Of a stretch of DNA of 64,000 bases, positions 52,701 to 64,000 are shown piece after piece (position 1 is the stretch's first letter; every line of letters starts with the position of its first letter). The stretch covers positions 107,074,001 to 107,138,000 of the forward strand of contig NC_088792.1 in assembly GCF_011386835.1 (NCBI RefSeq), written 5' to 3'. The notes beneath the pieces were generated by a model. It was not told the origin of the DNA. It was given only the letters and a program-made list of their open reading frames with translations, and made no database searches. Position numbers and translations under genes: made by a program. This stretch comes from Chrysemys picta bellii (lineage: Eukaryota).

Positions 52701-53600
52701 ATAAGCAGGCACATCTCCAGTGGACTGGTGGCCACTTAGAGATGTGTGGATTCTGGCCTTTAGAGTGAAATGTTTAATTGTAAAATTGACGATTTCTGAT
52801 TCAAAGGAGTTCTCGGCATTTAAATGGGTTGGGGCTATGTCACTTGTTTTGTCAACATGCACACATAAGTGTGTGGTTGTGAGGCTCATACATAACTCTA
52901 TATAGTTATGTATCATATGATAATTTTCACAGTGGATGTGTTTCTTGGCTCTAGGCTTTTCCTATTTATATGAGAGTATGTGAATGTTGTACAATAAATA
53001 ATACAGTGTATAATTTAGCTTATTAATAAGATACAGTGTATCAGAAGGAGTAGCGTAACAGCAGCAGCATTCCTTGTTTGTAGAGGGGCTTTTGTTTCAC
53101 ATTGTTTGCACAAAAATCATCCTCTCTTTGTTTGGAAATAAATGTATTGATAATTTTATTTATGGGGATGAACACAGGAGGGAAAAACGATCCATGTACT
53201 AGGAGCTCATTTGTCTGCAGCTAAACAAATTGTGCCTGTAGATAACCATGTTAGTGTAACCTCCCTTTTTCCCTCCTATGCGCTGGTGTACTAGCCTATC
53301 ATGGTTTATCTCTAACCTAAAAAACAAAAAGAGTAAACATGTTGAACGGCTTTAAGTTAAGCTGATATCTGTTTTAAAAAAAGATGTAAATAGCAACATA
53401 GTAAGAATTGCTTTTCAGAATTTTTTCCACAGCTGATTTCTCCTCCCACCCCACCCCTGCCTTTTATATTTGATATATAAACAAGTTGTATTTACACATT
53501 TTTTGCTGTGAATTTATATTGTAAACCCCTTTTTCTTTAAGACCATTGTATTTACATTTCAAATTTTTATGAAATTTGCTTGATTTTTTTTAATTAAATT
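49765..53600 (+). other. IKZF1: Probable IKZF1 3'UTR (3' end approximate)
   Basis: Follows the stop codon and has a repeat-poor AU-rich distal block at about 52.9-53.6 kb. Candidate signals: AATAAA 52993-52998 and 53137-53142, ATTAAA 53593-53598. The end position is inferred. Confidence 0.55.
51513..51538. repeat. (AT)n microsatellite forming a 26-nt perfect palindrome
   Basis: atgaatatatatatatatatattcat. Confidence 0.9.
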
Positions 53601-56600
53601 ATGTCTGGAAGGTGAGACATATCTTGTGAGAGAGACAGCTTGGTAAGAGACTTGTCTTTAGTTGCTGTAGTGACATTCTGCACAGCTTAAACCCCTTCGT
53701 GCATGAGTGACTGCATGCACATGTAAGAGAATGTGCACATATGTGTGGCAAAGTGGAGCAAGGAAGAGAGCACGAAGCTGAGCTTGGGATCAGGCAGCCT
53801 GATTTTCTGTTCGCATCTACACTAGTGTAACTGTATGGAAGTCAGTAAAGTTAAACCAGCCTAACACAAGTGGGAGATAAGCAGACCCTTGATCTTTATA
53901 CATAGCAGGTGAAATGCAGGGAGAGATTCTTCATTGTGCCACAGCACTGATGTATTTTGGCCATAAAATCCCAAGAAAGGGGCTCTGCCTGAGTCATGCG
54001 GGGGTGGGGGGGGGAGGGCATGGATGATCCTGCAGTTTTGTACAGCCTAAACAGGGGCTTAAAAACCACTAACAACTTCCTTTGCTGCCAGCATATGGGG
54101 GGAAGAGAAAGGGAGCACAATCCTAGGCTAAGTGTTTTTGGCTCTTACAAGCCAACCTAATTTAGGAATGCCTCAGTCTTCTCTACTGCCGCATAAAGAG
54201 GATGGCATGCAGGGAGCAGCAGGATCCAGCCACTGCAAATGAGAGCTTGAAGCCTCCTATACACCCACATCTGACTCCTGCTCTTCACATTTAAGGCTAG
54301 CTTCACAAAAGGATTTCGGCGCCTGGCTGCCACTTTTAAGTGCATAAATCCTCAAATCAGGCTTCACTGGCTTTCACAATACCTCTGCTTAGCAGCCCCC
54401 TCAACTTCCTGCCTTCTCAACTTTTGCTGTAAAAAAGTTTCCTAGGCACCTACTTCTGCATAGGAATACTGCAGCCTCTACACCACATGTCCATCTGCCT
54501 AAGCCCCAAAGTGATTCACAAGCTGAGGCAAGATAGGTGTTCCTCCACCTAACTCCCCTGCAAGGCTCAACACAGTAAGTTCAGAGCTCACCTACCAGAT
54601 CAGGCCGCTATAGACAGGTTCACACAAAATGGCCGAGGCAAGGGCGAAGAGCTCCCTCATAACACTTAGCCCTGACATTAGGCTACTCATCTGGGAGACC
54701 CTGTACTGACCGCTCAAGTTCAAATATACCTGCCATCTGACAGGGAGAAGGGATTTGACCAGGAATCTAGGCAAGTGCCCTAACCACCACTTTTCAGAGG
54801 TGCTCAGTGAGATATTCTGCTGTGGGGCTCCCTCAGTCACTGCTGTTTTTAAAAAGTCACAGAAGCAGGGGGGCATGGGTCTCCCAGTTCCCAAGTGAGT
54901 GCTCTAACTCAGCTACAGAGGCATTCTCACACATGCCCTCTTGCACATGCACCCAGTGATTCATTCATTGTTTAGTCACAGCAGCACAACTTCAGCAGGT
55001 GAGACTGCAGGAGCCCCACACGTGACTATACCACAGGCCGATGTTTCGGGCACTCATGTGAGAGGTGGTAGAGCCTTGTTCAAGTCCCTTCTCCCATGGG
55101 GGGGGACTTAAACTGGGGGTCTCCCATATCCCAGGGGACTACCCTAACCACTGGGCTAAGAGTTATGAGGGAGCCCCTCCTCCCTGGCTTCTTGCAAAAA
55201 TACTCTGGGCACCTCACTCCACCACAGGGGCTGCAGCTGAGAACCCCAAGCAAAAGGAGTTACCTAGGTCTGAGAGAGGAACAGGGCTTGGCATCTCGTG
55301 TTGGCTAGTTTAGACCGGAAGCTGCCTAATGTGCTGGATTTTGTGAATCACATTCTGGGGAATCCCTTTTGCCATATAGGGAGCTTATGCACCCAACTCA
55401 GGTTTGCGAATCCCAGTGATTTCTAGGCACCTAAAAATGAGGTGTGGTGACACTCAGAATTGCCACACCTATGTTCTGTTGTAACTCTAGCCCTTAGGGA
55501 CAACCTGGAAAACTGGCTCTGAAATTGCTGTTTCAGTGCCCTCTCCCTACAACTATCAGTTTGACTGAGTGGTATTTGACTTTAGTTGTCTCTTTCACTC
55601 CAGCCCTCGCTTCGCTCTTTCACTGCCAAGGATAGCTATAAAGAACATAATCGTCCCTGCTTGAAGAGTCATGGTAATTAGGAACACGGCACCCTGGAAA
55701 TGATTTCCATTATAATTTACTGTCACAATGATTTCTCTTCTGGACCTTTCAGCGGCGTCTCCATCCCTACTATCCCTTTCAAACCTTCTACATCAACAAT
55801 GAGGAAGGGGAATGCAGCTCTGTTTTTGTTTCGAACAAGGAGTTTGTAAATATTTTGTACAGCTGGTGATTTGTGAGTCCACCATGATGAAGGGGAAAAA
55901 ATTGAGGCCAGCATGCACAACAGTTCATACTTTATGGTACCTCAGATCCAAATTTGGTCAAGTGAATTTATGATTTTGCTAGTCATAATAAACCACACCT
56001 ACAGCTTTGTTTCCTTATTTACTGTAACATGCAAATTATATAAACTAAAATTACACTACAGTTTTAAATTTCAGTAGGCAGCACTTGTGGAAATAAACAT
56101 GGGCTGTTTTAAGATCTTTCAGTCACGTGCATTAGACCAAATCTTGATGGCTTTACTCAGTGTTACTAAATCCTTGCACTCAGCCAAAAAATACCCATTG
56201 ACTTCATGGGAGATTGTGAGACTAAAAACTGTGCAAGGCCCTCAGGGCCCATTGGGAACATGCACAATGTTTCAGATATACTTCATTGCACCTTTTGTAG
56301 TATTTGCTTTACTGTTCTTACGGGCTGATTAACTTAGATACCATTGTAGGTGCAAAGACACCAATAGGCCACAAGTGCTATAAAAATGCAAAGTATAATT
56401 AACACTGCCCAACATTTTCACTGTTGGGTAAATCTACATTTAGGCATCTCAAAGTCAAAAGGTGGTTTAAGAAGTGCTCAGCACCCACCAATCACATCAA
56501 AACCAGTTGGAGCTGCGGATACTCCGCACCTTCAAAAGTCAGGTCACTTTTATTTAAGTATCAAAATGTGGATTTAGAAGCCTAACGTTAGGCACCCAGC

Positions 56601-57429
56601 TCTGATAACGTTGGCTATGATCATCTTTTTATTATTATTATAAAAATACATATGCAAACAGTAACTAGAAAAATCTGATTTATTCCTTTCCCTTCCCATA
56701 GGTTGAACATATTGAATTATTTTGGTCAACTTGTAAATAGAGGTAGTCAGAAAATAAGGGGTATGCCACTGTAAAAATTGGAGTTTTCAGCAAAAGCCAA
56801 ACCAACCAACCTGCAAATTTTTTGGCTGAAAATCCTAATATTTTTATTCTGAAATGCTACTGCAGTGCCTCATGCTCCTCAATGGGCCAATTGTCTTGGT
56901 TGGACTACATCTCCTATGATGCACCACAATATCCCTTCTCAGCAAGAGGAGGCAATGCACTGTAGTAGTTGCCTGGCTGCACTGTATCATGGAAGATGAA
57001 GTCCAGCTAGGGAGAGCAGAAACTCAGCACCTCTAAAACCTGGGTTGTCTAAAGCTGGGCACTCAAAACCTGAAGCCCCAAAACGGAGGATACTCCCCTC
57101 CCCCTCAAAAAAAAATCCAAGGCCAGAAAGCGGAGCCATTTTCAAAGCTGGGGTTAGAATGCCAGAGTTTCTGAGTCCTTACGGACCATATTTATGTGGC
57201 AGTGAATATGGATCAAAATGCTGTGGTCCTTAATTAAGCAAAACCCCTATTAGACTGCAAAGACTGCAGTGGGAATTTTGGTCAAGTAAGGACTATGGCA
57301 TTTAGCCTTGCATTTTTATTATTATTTTTAAATAAGATCTCACTGCTTTAAAGAATGTCCCAGGTCATGGAACGATTCCCAGTTTTATCTGTCCCAACCA
57401 CACGTATTAAACATGTGAATGATAGAGGG

Positions 57430-57740
57430 CAGCTGCGTGTGCTGTTTCTGCTGCCACCGCCGGCTGCAAATCACACAAACCAACGCCTTCCTGTCCCTTG
57501 GGAGAGAAGTGAAGGTTCTGGTTTGTAAGCAGTTAGAAAAAAATAAATCTACACCTTGCAGCAGACGGTGGGCCTTGGCCTGACTGGGTGAGGAAGTTAA
57601 TCAGCACTGAGCAGGCTGTTCGGGATGAGGCCAAACAGATGGTTAGTCTCTGAAACGGCAAAACGGGAAGCAGATGTGGCCACCGCTTCTCCCCATGCAT
57701 AACTGGGAACCAGCCGGTTGGTGAGGAAATTTGCATAACA
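57430..57740. promoter_or_regulatory. Candidate lymphoid enhancer downstream of IKZF1
   Basis: CAGCTG 57430, GAGGAAGT 57591, CAGATG 57636 and 57671, CGGGAAG 57664, GAGGAAAT overlapping octamer ATTTGCAT (57723-57736). Not a recognisable repeat; several CpGs retained. Confidence 0.45.
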
Positions 57741-60700
57741 AGGATAATTTGGTAGCAAAACTGTCCCTTGAAATGATCTGCATGGATCCAGGCACTGTTG
57801 ACAATTTTCACTTCTTGTTTCCCAGTCATTGTTCAACCAGATTAAATTTTAGTTCTGAATTTAGTGTTTGCCCGAGCCTTTTCTGAGCTAACGTCCAGGG
57901 AAAGCTACTGTGCAATCAGAGCAGCAGCAACCTGGCACTAAAATTTTCATGGTGAAATCCTGGCCCCACTGATGACAATGGAAGTTTTAGTGGCATTAGG
58001 ATTTCAACTGCAAAGTCCGCTGCAAACAATATAAATGCAACCCGGAAACAATAAAGCTGGGCCTGAACTAATAGACTATATTCTAATGCCCTTGAAGATT
58101 ATGATGGTCAGATGAGAACTTTGGTACAGACATAGGGATGAAGGAAAATCTTGGAAAGTTTTAATCCATATCTGAATTGTTCAGCTCTGGCCCATCTCTG
58201 ATAAATATGTATTACTCTTCTTTGATGGGTAAATTTAACTGGCATGTCAGCCAGAGTATGCAAGGCCTTCTCACTGGGCAATAATTTTCCACACCAAAAC
58301 GTATGTAGAAGCCAGCAACAGGTTAAACTAGGTTATATGAGCCTATCTCAGACAACTAGATTATGTTCTTTAATTGAAGAGGTAGAGCCCTGCCCTCTTC
58401 CTCTCTGCTCACTTCTATTTTGTTTTTCTGAAGCGGCACAGTTGTTCCTCCTATTTTCTTACCTATAAATTGCAATGACTACAAATCTAGTTTCCTGTTG
58501 AGCTGCAGCCAGCACATCAGAATTCTGATATACCAGCAATTCCCAGACCGTTGGGCACTTGCTGGTGGATCTGTGGAGAGCAGGCTGGGCTTATGATGCT
58601 GGCTCTTCAGCCTTGTTTCAAGCTGCTAAAAATCATATTAAAAAAAAAGACACCTTAAATATTAAATACTAAACTTATCCATGTAAGCAATTGCTGTGCT
58701 CACCCAGGGATGTTATGTGAATTTGAATGGAAGGGGAGGTGGGATGATCGTTCTGTTAAAAATGTGGTCCACACTTATGAAAAAAAGTTTAAGAACCCAT
58801 ATAGGCTAGGATACTCCTTACCTACTGCTCTGGTACTTCAGAGAGACAGCTGGGCAGCCAGCACAGAGCATTCCAGGGGACAGGACATTGTAAAGGTCTG
58901 CTTCTTTGCAACAGTGGGGCACCTAATGAAAAGGAGTTTGGGACTAACAGAGCCCAGATGAGTGCTACAGTCCTGCTGCTTTCAAGTAAGGAAGCTTTTT
59001 ACACACACACACACACAACACTTTACTGTAGGTGAAGGAGTTTTCGTCTCGCATACCTTCTTTCACTTTCCTCACTCCTAATAACAGGTCTAGTACCTGA
59101 AGTTTTTAGTTTACAGTGAATAATATTACTCTTTGTGTTGAAATGGATCAAACATGCTGCAGGCTTCATGAAGTCTATGAACTGAAGCTCATATCCAGAG
59201 AGCCCTTAGATATTGGGAAAGTTCAGATCTGGAGCCAAACTGTGTGGCTTGGTCTCATCTTGATTTATAAAAAATATATAAAAGTTACTTCTAAAGGGAG
59301 GCATCTGATTGGCTGATGGCGTTTCCAGTGTGCAGGTATGGAAACTATTGTGGTGTCACGCTCCAGCATTTTACATAACCGCTTGACAATAAAAAGAGCA
59401 GAAGAAGCAAATCATTGACTGAAACACACACTTGCAGTAGTTAAATGAGAATAATTAAATATATTTTCCTTTTCTGATAGTTTAACATGACATATTTGAA
59501 AGATTTCCCCAGTGCAAAAGTCCTACTTTAAAACTTAGTTTCATAACACTAGTGACTTGACCAGAGAAAATAAAATTCATATGAATAGACAACCAACACA
59601 TATAAATAGTATGTTATTTGCATAGTCTACAGAGACTTATGTAACATATGTGAAAGTTCAGTGACACACGTATGTGGTTTTTGGACCCATTAAAATTGGT
59701 ACAAAGAAGAAATATTACTTCTGCTTTGGGAACATCTGTCTTGCTCTCTTTTTGTAAATGTAAAATGTAGGCAGAGATACTGATGTGAAAATAAATAAAT
59801 AAAAAGATTAGACTAACCCTGATCTCACTTATTCTGGTGCCTATCAGGAATAAATCTATTGAAGTCACCCGTGTAAAGTATGTGACAAGGCTTAGGCAAT
59901 TTAAGTATAACAGCTACTGTTTGCAACATTCTGCTTCTCTTGATCTAGTCACAATTACACTGCATTTAGAAGTCCTTTGGATGGATTGTTGATCCTGGTT
60001 TATATTCTAGAAATGTGCATGGGGGAAACACTGGGATTTTATGAGGACAGCTGAAGACAAGTATTAACGAACAGAAAAGTCTTTTAAATAAAGGATCTTT
60101 ACTTTGATTCCCATCCCCAAACCACAGTAAGGAGACTAAATATCTGTTTGAGTTTTATAGACTGGTTCTTTGTGGTTCAGCAATAATTCAGTCATTTAAG
60201 GTAGGAGGAAACGTACTGGAAGTGATAGGGAGACCAGAAGGAAAATGAAGAGTGGTGGAAAATTGGGTGGAAAAATTAACGCATCAGATTCAGAAGTGGT
60301 GAAGACGAAAATTACTCCTTCGCCATAAAGGGACTATTGCCAAAGGCAAAACCATTGCACTTCAGGAAAAGTTGTCAATCTAGAATCCTTGCTAGTTTAC
60401 ATCGGGGATGAATTTGGTTACTTGTCTTTATTAGCCTGAAATGCAAAAAGAATTTATGACAAACTGTTTTTGTTTGGATTTAAAAAACAAATGCAGGTGC
60501 CATTCTCCCACATATTAATTCTTTTGTACTTCTATAGCACCTGCCATCAGAGAATCACAAAGCACTTCACAAATATTCATTAATTAATAATCACACCTCC
60601 AGCATTGCCAGTTCTTGTAATTTTATCATGAATGTCACAAAATTTGAGTTTTTTCCCAAAGCCCCAGTGTCTGGTGATTTATTGAGAATTTTTTTTTAAA

Positions 60701-60879
60701 AGGACATTTCTAGCCCTCATGGATGTGGAGAAAAGCTTGAAAACGTAACTTGAGTGCAGCTTACCAGCTGAAAAACAAGACGGCAAACACTCAAATTTAA
60801 TATTTTAAAAATATTTCATGATTTTTAAAACCAGGTGCAAGACGTTCAAATGCTTGGGGTTGGCAATACTTCTATGAGA

Positions 60880-61010
60880 CTGTTATTCCCATTTTACTGA
60901 GGGGGAAACTGAGGGATGGCTCAATTACTTACTGAAGGTCATAGAGCAGGATTGGGACTGGCACCCAGGTCTTCTAATTCTTTGTGTACTTGTTCTACCC
61001 ACTAGACCAA
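60880..61010 (-). mobile_element. MIR/CORE-SINE-like fragment
   Basis: cccattttactgagggggaaactgagg...aaggtcatagagc...cacccaggtcttcta. Confidence 0.55.
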
Positions 61011-63034
61011 TCTCCCTCCCAAAAGCAGGAAGAGAACTCATGAGTGCTCACTCTCGCTGCCTTGCTCTAACTATTTAAACACTCCAATCACTGGAAAAAG
61101 ACATGTTCTGACTGCCTGTAACCTGATCTAGCCACCAGACCACATTACTTTAGGATACATAATTCAAACCATTTCACCATTTATATCATTTGAGGAAGGG
61201 GAATTACTTACTTCCCTCTCATTTCCTCACACAAGATTTCATAGTAACATTGCCCAAAAGTTTCAGGTTATTATTTTGGCCCTCAACAACCTACATGATC
61301 CTCTATATCACTCCTTGGTGACATTCAAGCTTCCAAGTGCCTGTAACATGATGGGTATATAAAAAGCAAGAAAAAGTTCCTCTAAGTGCCTCATGGTGTT
61401 GAAGACCCACTTTGGTTCAGTTGTGGCTGTATGATGGTTGCAAAACACATTTTTAAGGCAATAAATTATATTTGACATATTGGCCCCAGCCTGAAACACA
61501 AATCTAAGGGGGATGATTTACCTCTCAATTATTCCAGCATAACTCGGGAGTAACTCAACAAAAGTCAGTAAAGCTACACTAGTGTAAGTGAATCAGGCCG
61601 AAAGAAAAGGAACTGCTCGCTGGATCTGGTTAACGTGCTGACTTGCAATACAGTACATAAGGGGTTGCTGGAAAAAAAAGTCTGCACAACTATCAACATG
61701 CAAAATAGAAACTCAAGATAAGCTGTGGAAAGAGGGTGGGATTTCCAGAAAATAGAGAAGGACTTGCTACACCCTGCTTGTCGAGTTTTGCAGGATCACC
61801 ACAGCTTCTCTGGAGAAAAAGGGAGGAAAAAAGCTAACAGCTTTCCTTTTGCTTCTGCTTCTCCTAAATAAACTGCTTGCCTAATTTCCTTTGCAATTAG
61901 AGAAATGTTCCTTTTGAAAACCATTATTTCCACACGCTACTGGGTCATGCACATTTTCTACACAGCCTGCTGGAAACGTGCACAGTTTGGGATAATAATA
62001 TTATTAAATGAACATCTTGCTTTTCTAAGTATGTGTCAAAACCTAAGTAACAATAAACTTAACCAAGTTAATATTTCTGATAGTGTGTGTGTGTGTGTGC
62101 GCGTGTGCAGGGGATGGTTCTGTGTCATTTAGATCTGAAAAAAAACCATTCAAAATCATTTACGTGCAGCAAGGTTGGGCCAAATTCTTCTTGTGTGTAA
62201 CCTCATTTCATTCAGTGGCGTTACACGTGGCATGAATTTAGCCCTTATTGATGAATATTCTGCTTACCCTTTCTGAAAGACATTTTTGTAACATTTTATA
62301 ATCACAGTCCATTTGCAATAGTTACCACCAAGTGAAATGCTAAAGAAACAAAACTGTTGAATAAGGCCTTTCTGTGGTATGTGTGGGGTTTTTGTTTTTG
62401 GGGGGGTTTTGTTGTTGTTGTTGTTATTTTTTGGTACAGCTCCTTCACCAACTAGTCCCTTTCCACTATGACTCCCGCTCTGAACACTATGGCCCTAAGT
62501 CCTGCAAATACTTATGCATATGCTTAACAGTTCAGGATTGGGGTTATACAAAATACCCTGGTCCTGATCCAAAACCCACTGAAGTCAATGGGAGTTTTTC
62601 GCATTAGACAATTCACACAGAAATTCATCTGCTTCTGTTCTTTATTTCCCAACTGAAGCTCCAGTCCTTAGTGTGACATAATCTTCACCGTTTACAACTG
62701 TGACGTCACAGGCAATGGATTAGGATTTTAGGCAGGGTGGGAATAAGCAGCAGGAACAGTTGACCAGCTAAGGTTCTATTTTCTAGGGAAAATGCTCCCA
62801 TTTCACCAAGATAAAAAGGGTTTTACTGCCAGCTGTACATTTTAGGCTTTCCTAGAGTTTGTCAGGCAGTAGAAAAAGATCAAAAATAGCCTCTTTTCTG
62901 CAAATTGTCCTGCACTGGTTTAAAGAAAACCTGCCTGTGCAACTGGAAGATACAGAAACCCATGAAGCTAAGTACAGGAAACACTGCTCATTGAAGTTAT
63001 TCTCCTGAAATCGTAATTAAGTTAGAAACTGGAT

Positions 63035-63480
63035 GGGTGGCAACCCTATCTGGACAGTCCGGTTTTTGGTTTCTGTGTCCAGGTGCCATTTAGGGTTGCC
63101 AGGTGCCTGGTTTTGAACCGGAAAGTCCGGTTGACAAGGGGACCTGGCAACCCTAAATGGCACCCAAACCAAAAGTCTGGTTACTGCAAGGTGGAGGGAG
63201 GCAATAGGTCATTAACCTGCACCAGTTCAGCCAGGGCTGACTCCTTCCTGCAGGCAGGCTCCTTGAGACGAGCCAGCCAGCGACAGCGGGAAAGAAGCGA
63301 GCAACAGGGGCTGGGCTTTCGGGGAAGAGGTGGATCAGGGGTGAGGCCTGGGGGACGAAGAGGCAGAGAAGGGGGTGGGGCCTTGAAGGAAGAGGCGGAG
63401 CAGAAACAGGGCCTTGAGAGAAGCAGGCGGAGCAGGGGTGGAGCCTCAGGGGTCTGGTTACCAGCAATTAGAAAGGAATC
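63035..63480. mobile_element. Degenerate TAGGGTTGCC-type hAT element(s)
   Basis: tagggttgccaggt / acctggcaacccta motifs; perfect 23-bp inverted repeat 63082-63104 / 63142-63164; G-rich downstream body. Confidence 0.55.
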
Positions 63481-64000
63481 CTAAATTAAGTGATAAGAAA
63501 AAAATTTGAAGTATAATGAGCAAGCAACATTGGTCCCTAGAAATCAGGACAAGTGAGGAGACAATTCAATAATAGTGATGTTATAACATATAGGAGCAAT
63601 TATGGGGCCAACAATTGTAACAATATATCAGAAAAAGTGTACACCTAAGAATGTTCATAAGCACATTGACCTGGAAAACTGAAGGACTAGATGACAGTTT
63701 CTCTCCACAGTTAATATGTACAGGATAAGAAGTAACCCAGTTCAGTCCTACTCCCATGGTAATCATTGGCAAGACTTCCCTGGGAGCAGGTTCAAGTCCA
63801 TAGTGAAAAAATACACTAGCTATAATTTCAATCTGAGAAGGCCTCTCACCTCTCAGGTGATCAGTCTTTAAAATGTGGGAATAGGGCTTCAGTTGGGAAA
63901 TATGAACTACATAGGCCAAATACCTTCCAGTTCAGTGCCTGCACTGCTCCACTGCACTATTGTTATTCTATTGTCATGCAGCAGCACTGCATGACTGAAT

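Noticed and set aside
53600-64000. Neighbouring gene FIGNL1 expected downstream by synteny
   Set aside because: No long ORF or AAA-ATPase motifs in the window; it probably lies further on.

Overview
This is vertebrate genomic DNA, most likely turtle (inferred from the repeat families and protein similarity). It contains the 3' part of IKZF1 (Ikaros) on the + strand. The exons present are: an optional 60-nt exon equivalent to mammalian 'exon 3B' (23438-23497); coding exons 4-8 in human numbering (25839-26099, 33391-33558, 36253-36378, 41466-41600, 49058-49764), encoding four DNA-binding and two dimerisation C2H2 fingers; and a probable 3'UTR to about 53.6 kb. I could not find exons 1-3, which presumably lie upstream of the window. 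The rest is intronic or intergenic and rich in hAT, Harbinger-like and Tigger-like MITEs, CR1/L2/MIR fragments, a probable solo LTR and Penelope-like (PLE) fragments. There are two N gaps. Most notable observations: (1) a TSD-flanked chimeric insertion fusing a PLE terminus to a perfect 109-bp copy of the branch-point region of the last IKZF1 intron; (2) a near-intact minimal hammerhead ribozyme fold on the sense strand of intron 3; (3) His and Thr at human Q146/N148 in the ZF2 IMiD-degron hairpin; (4) intact exon 3B and the 30-nt alternative donor; (5) an AG|GTGAGA recursive-splice-like junction at the last exon. All long GC-rich ORFs in the track are repeat artefacts. No database searches or folding calculations were run; family names come from motif recognition.
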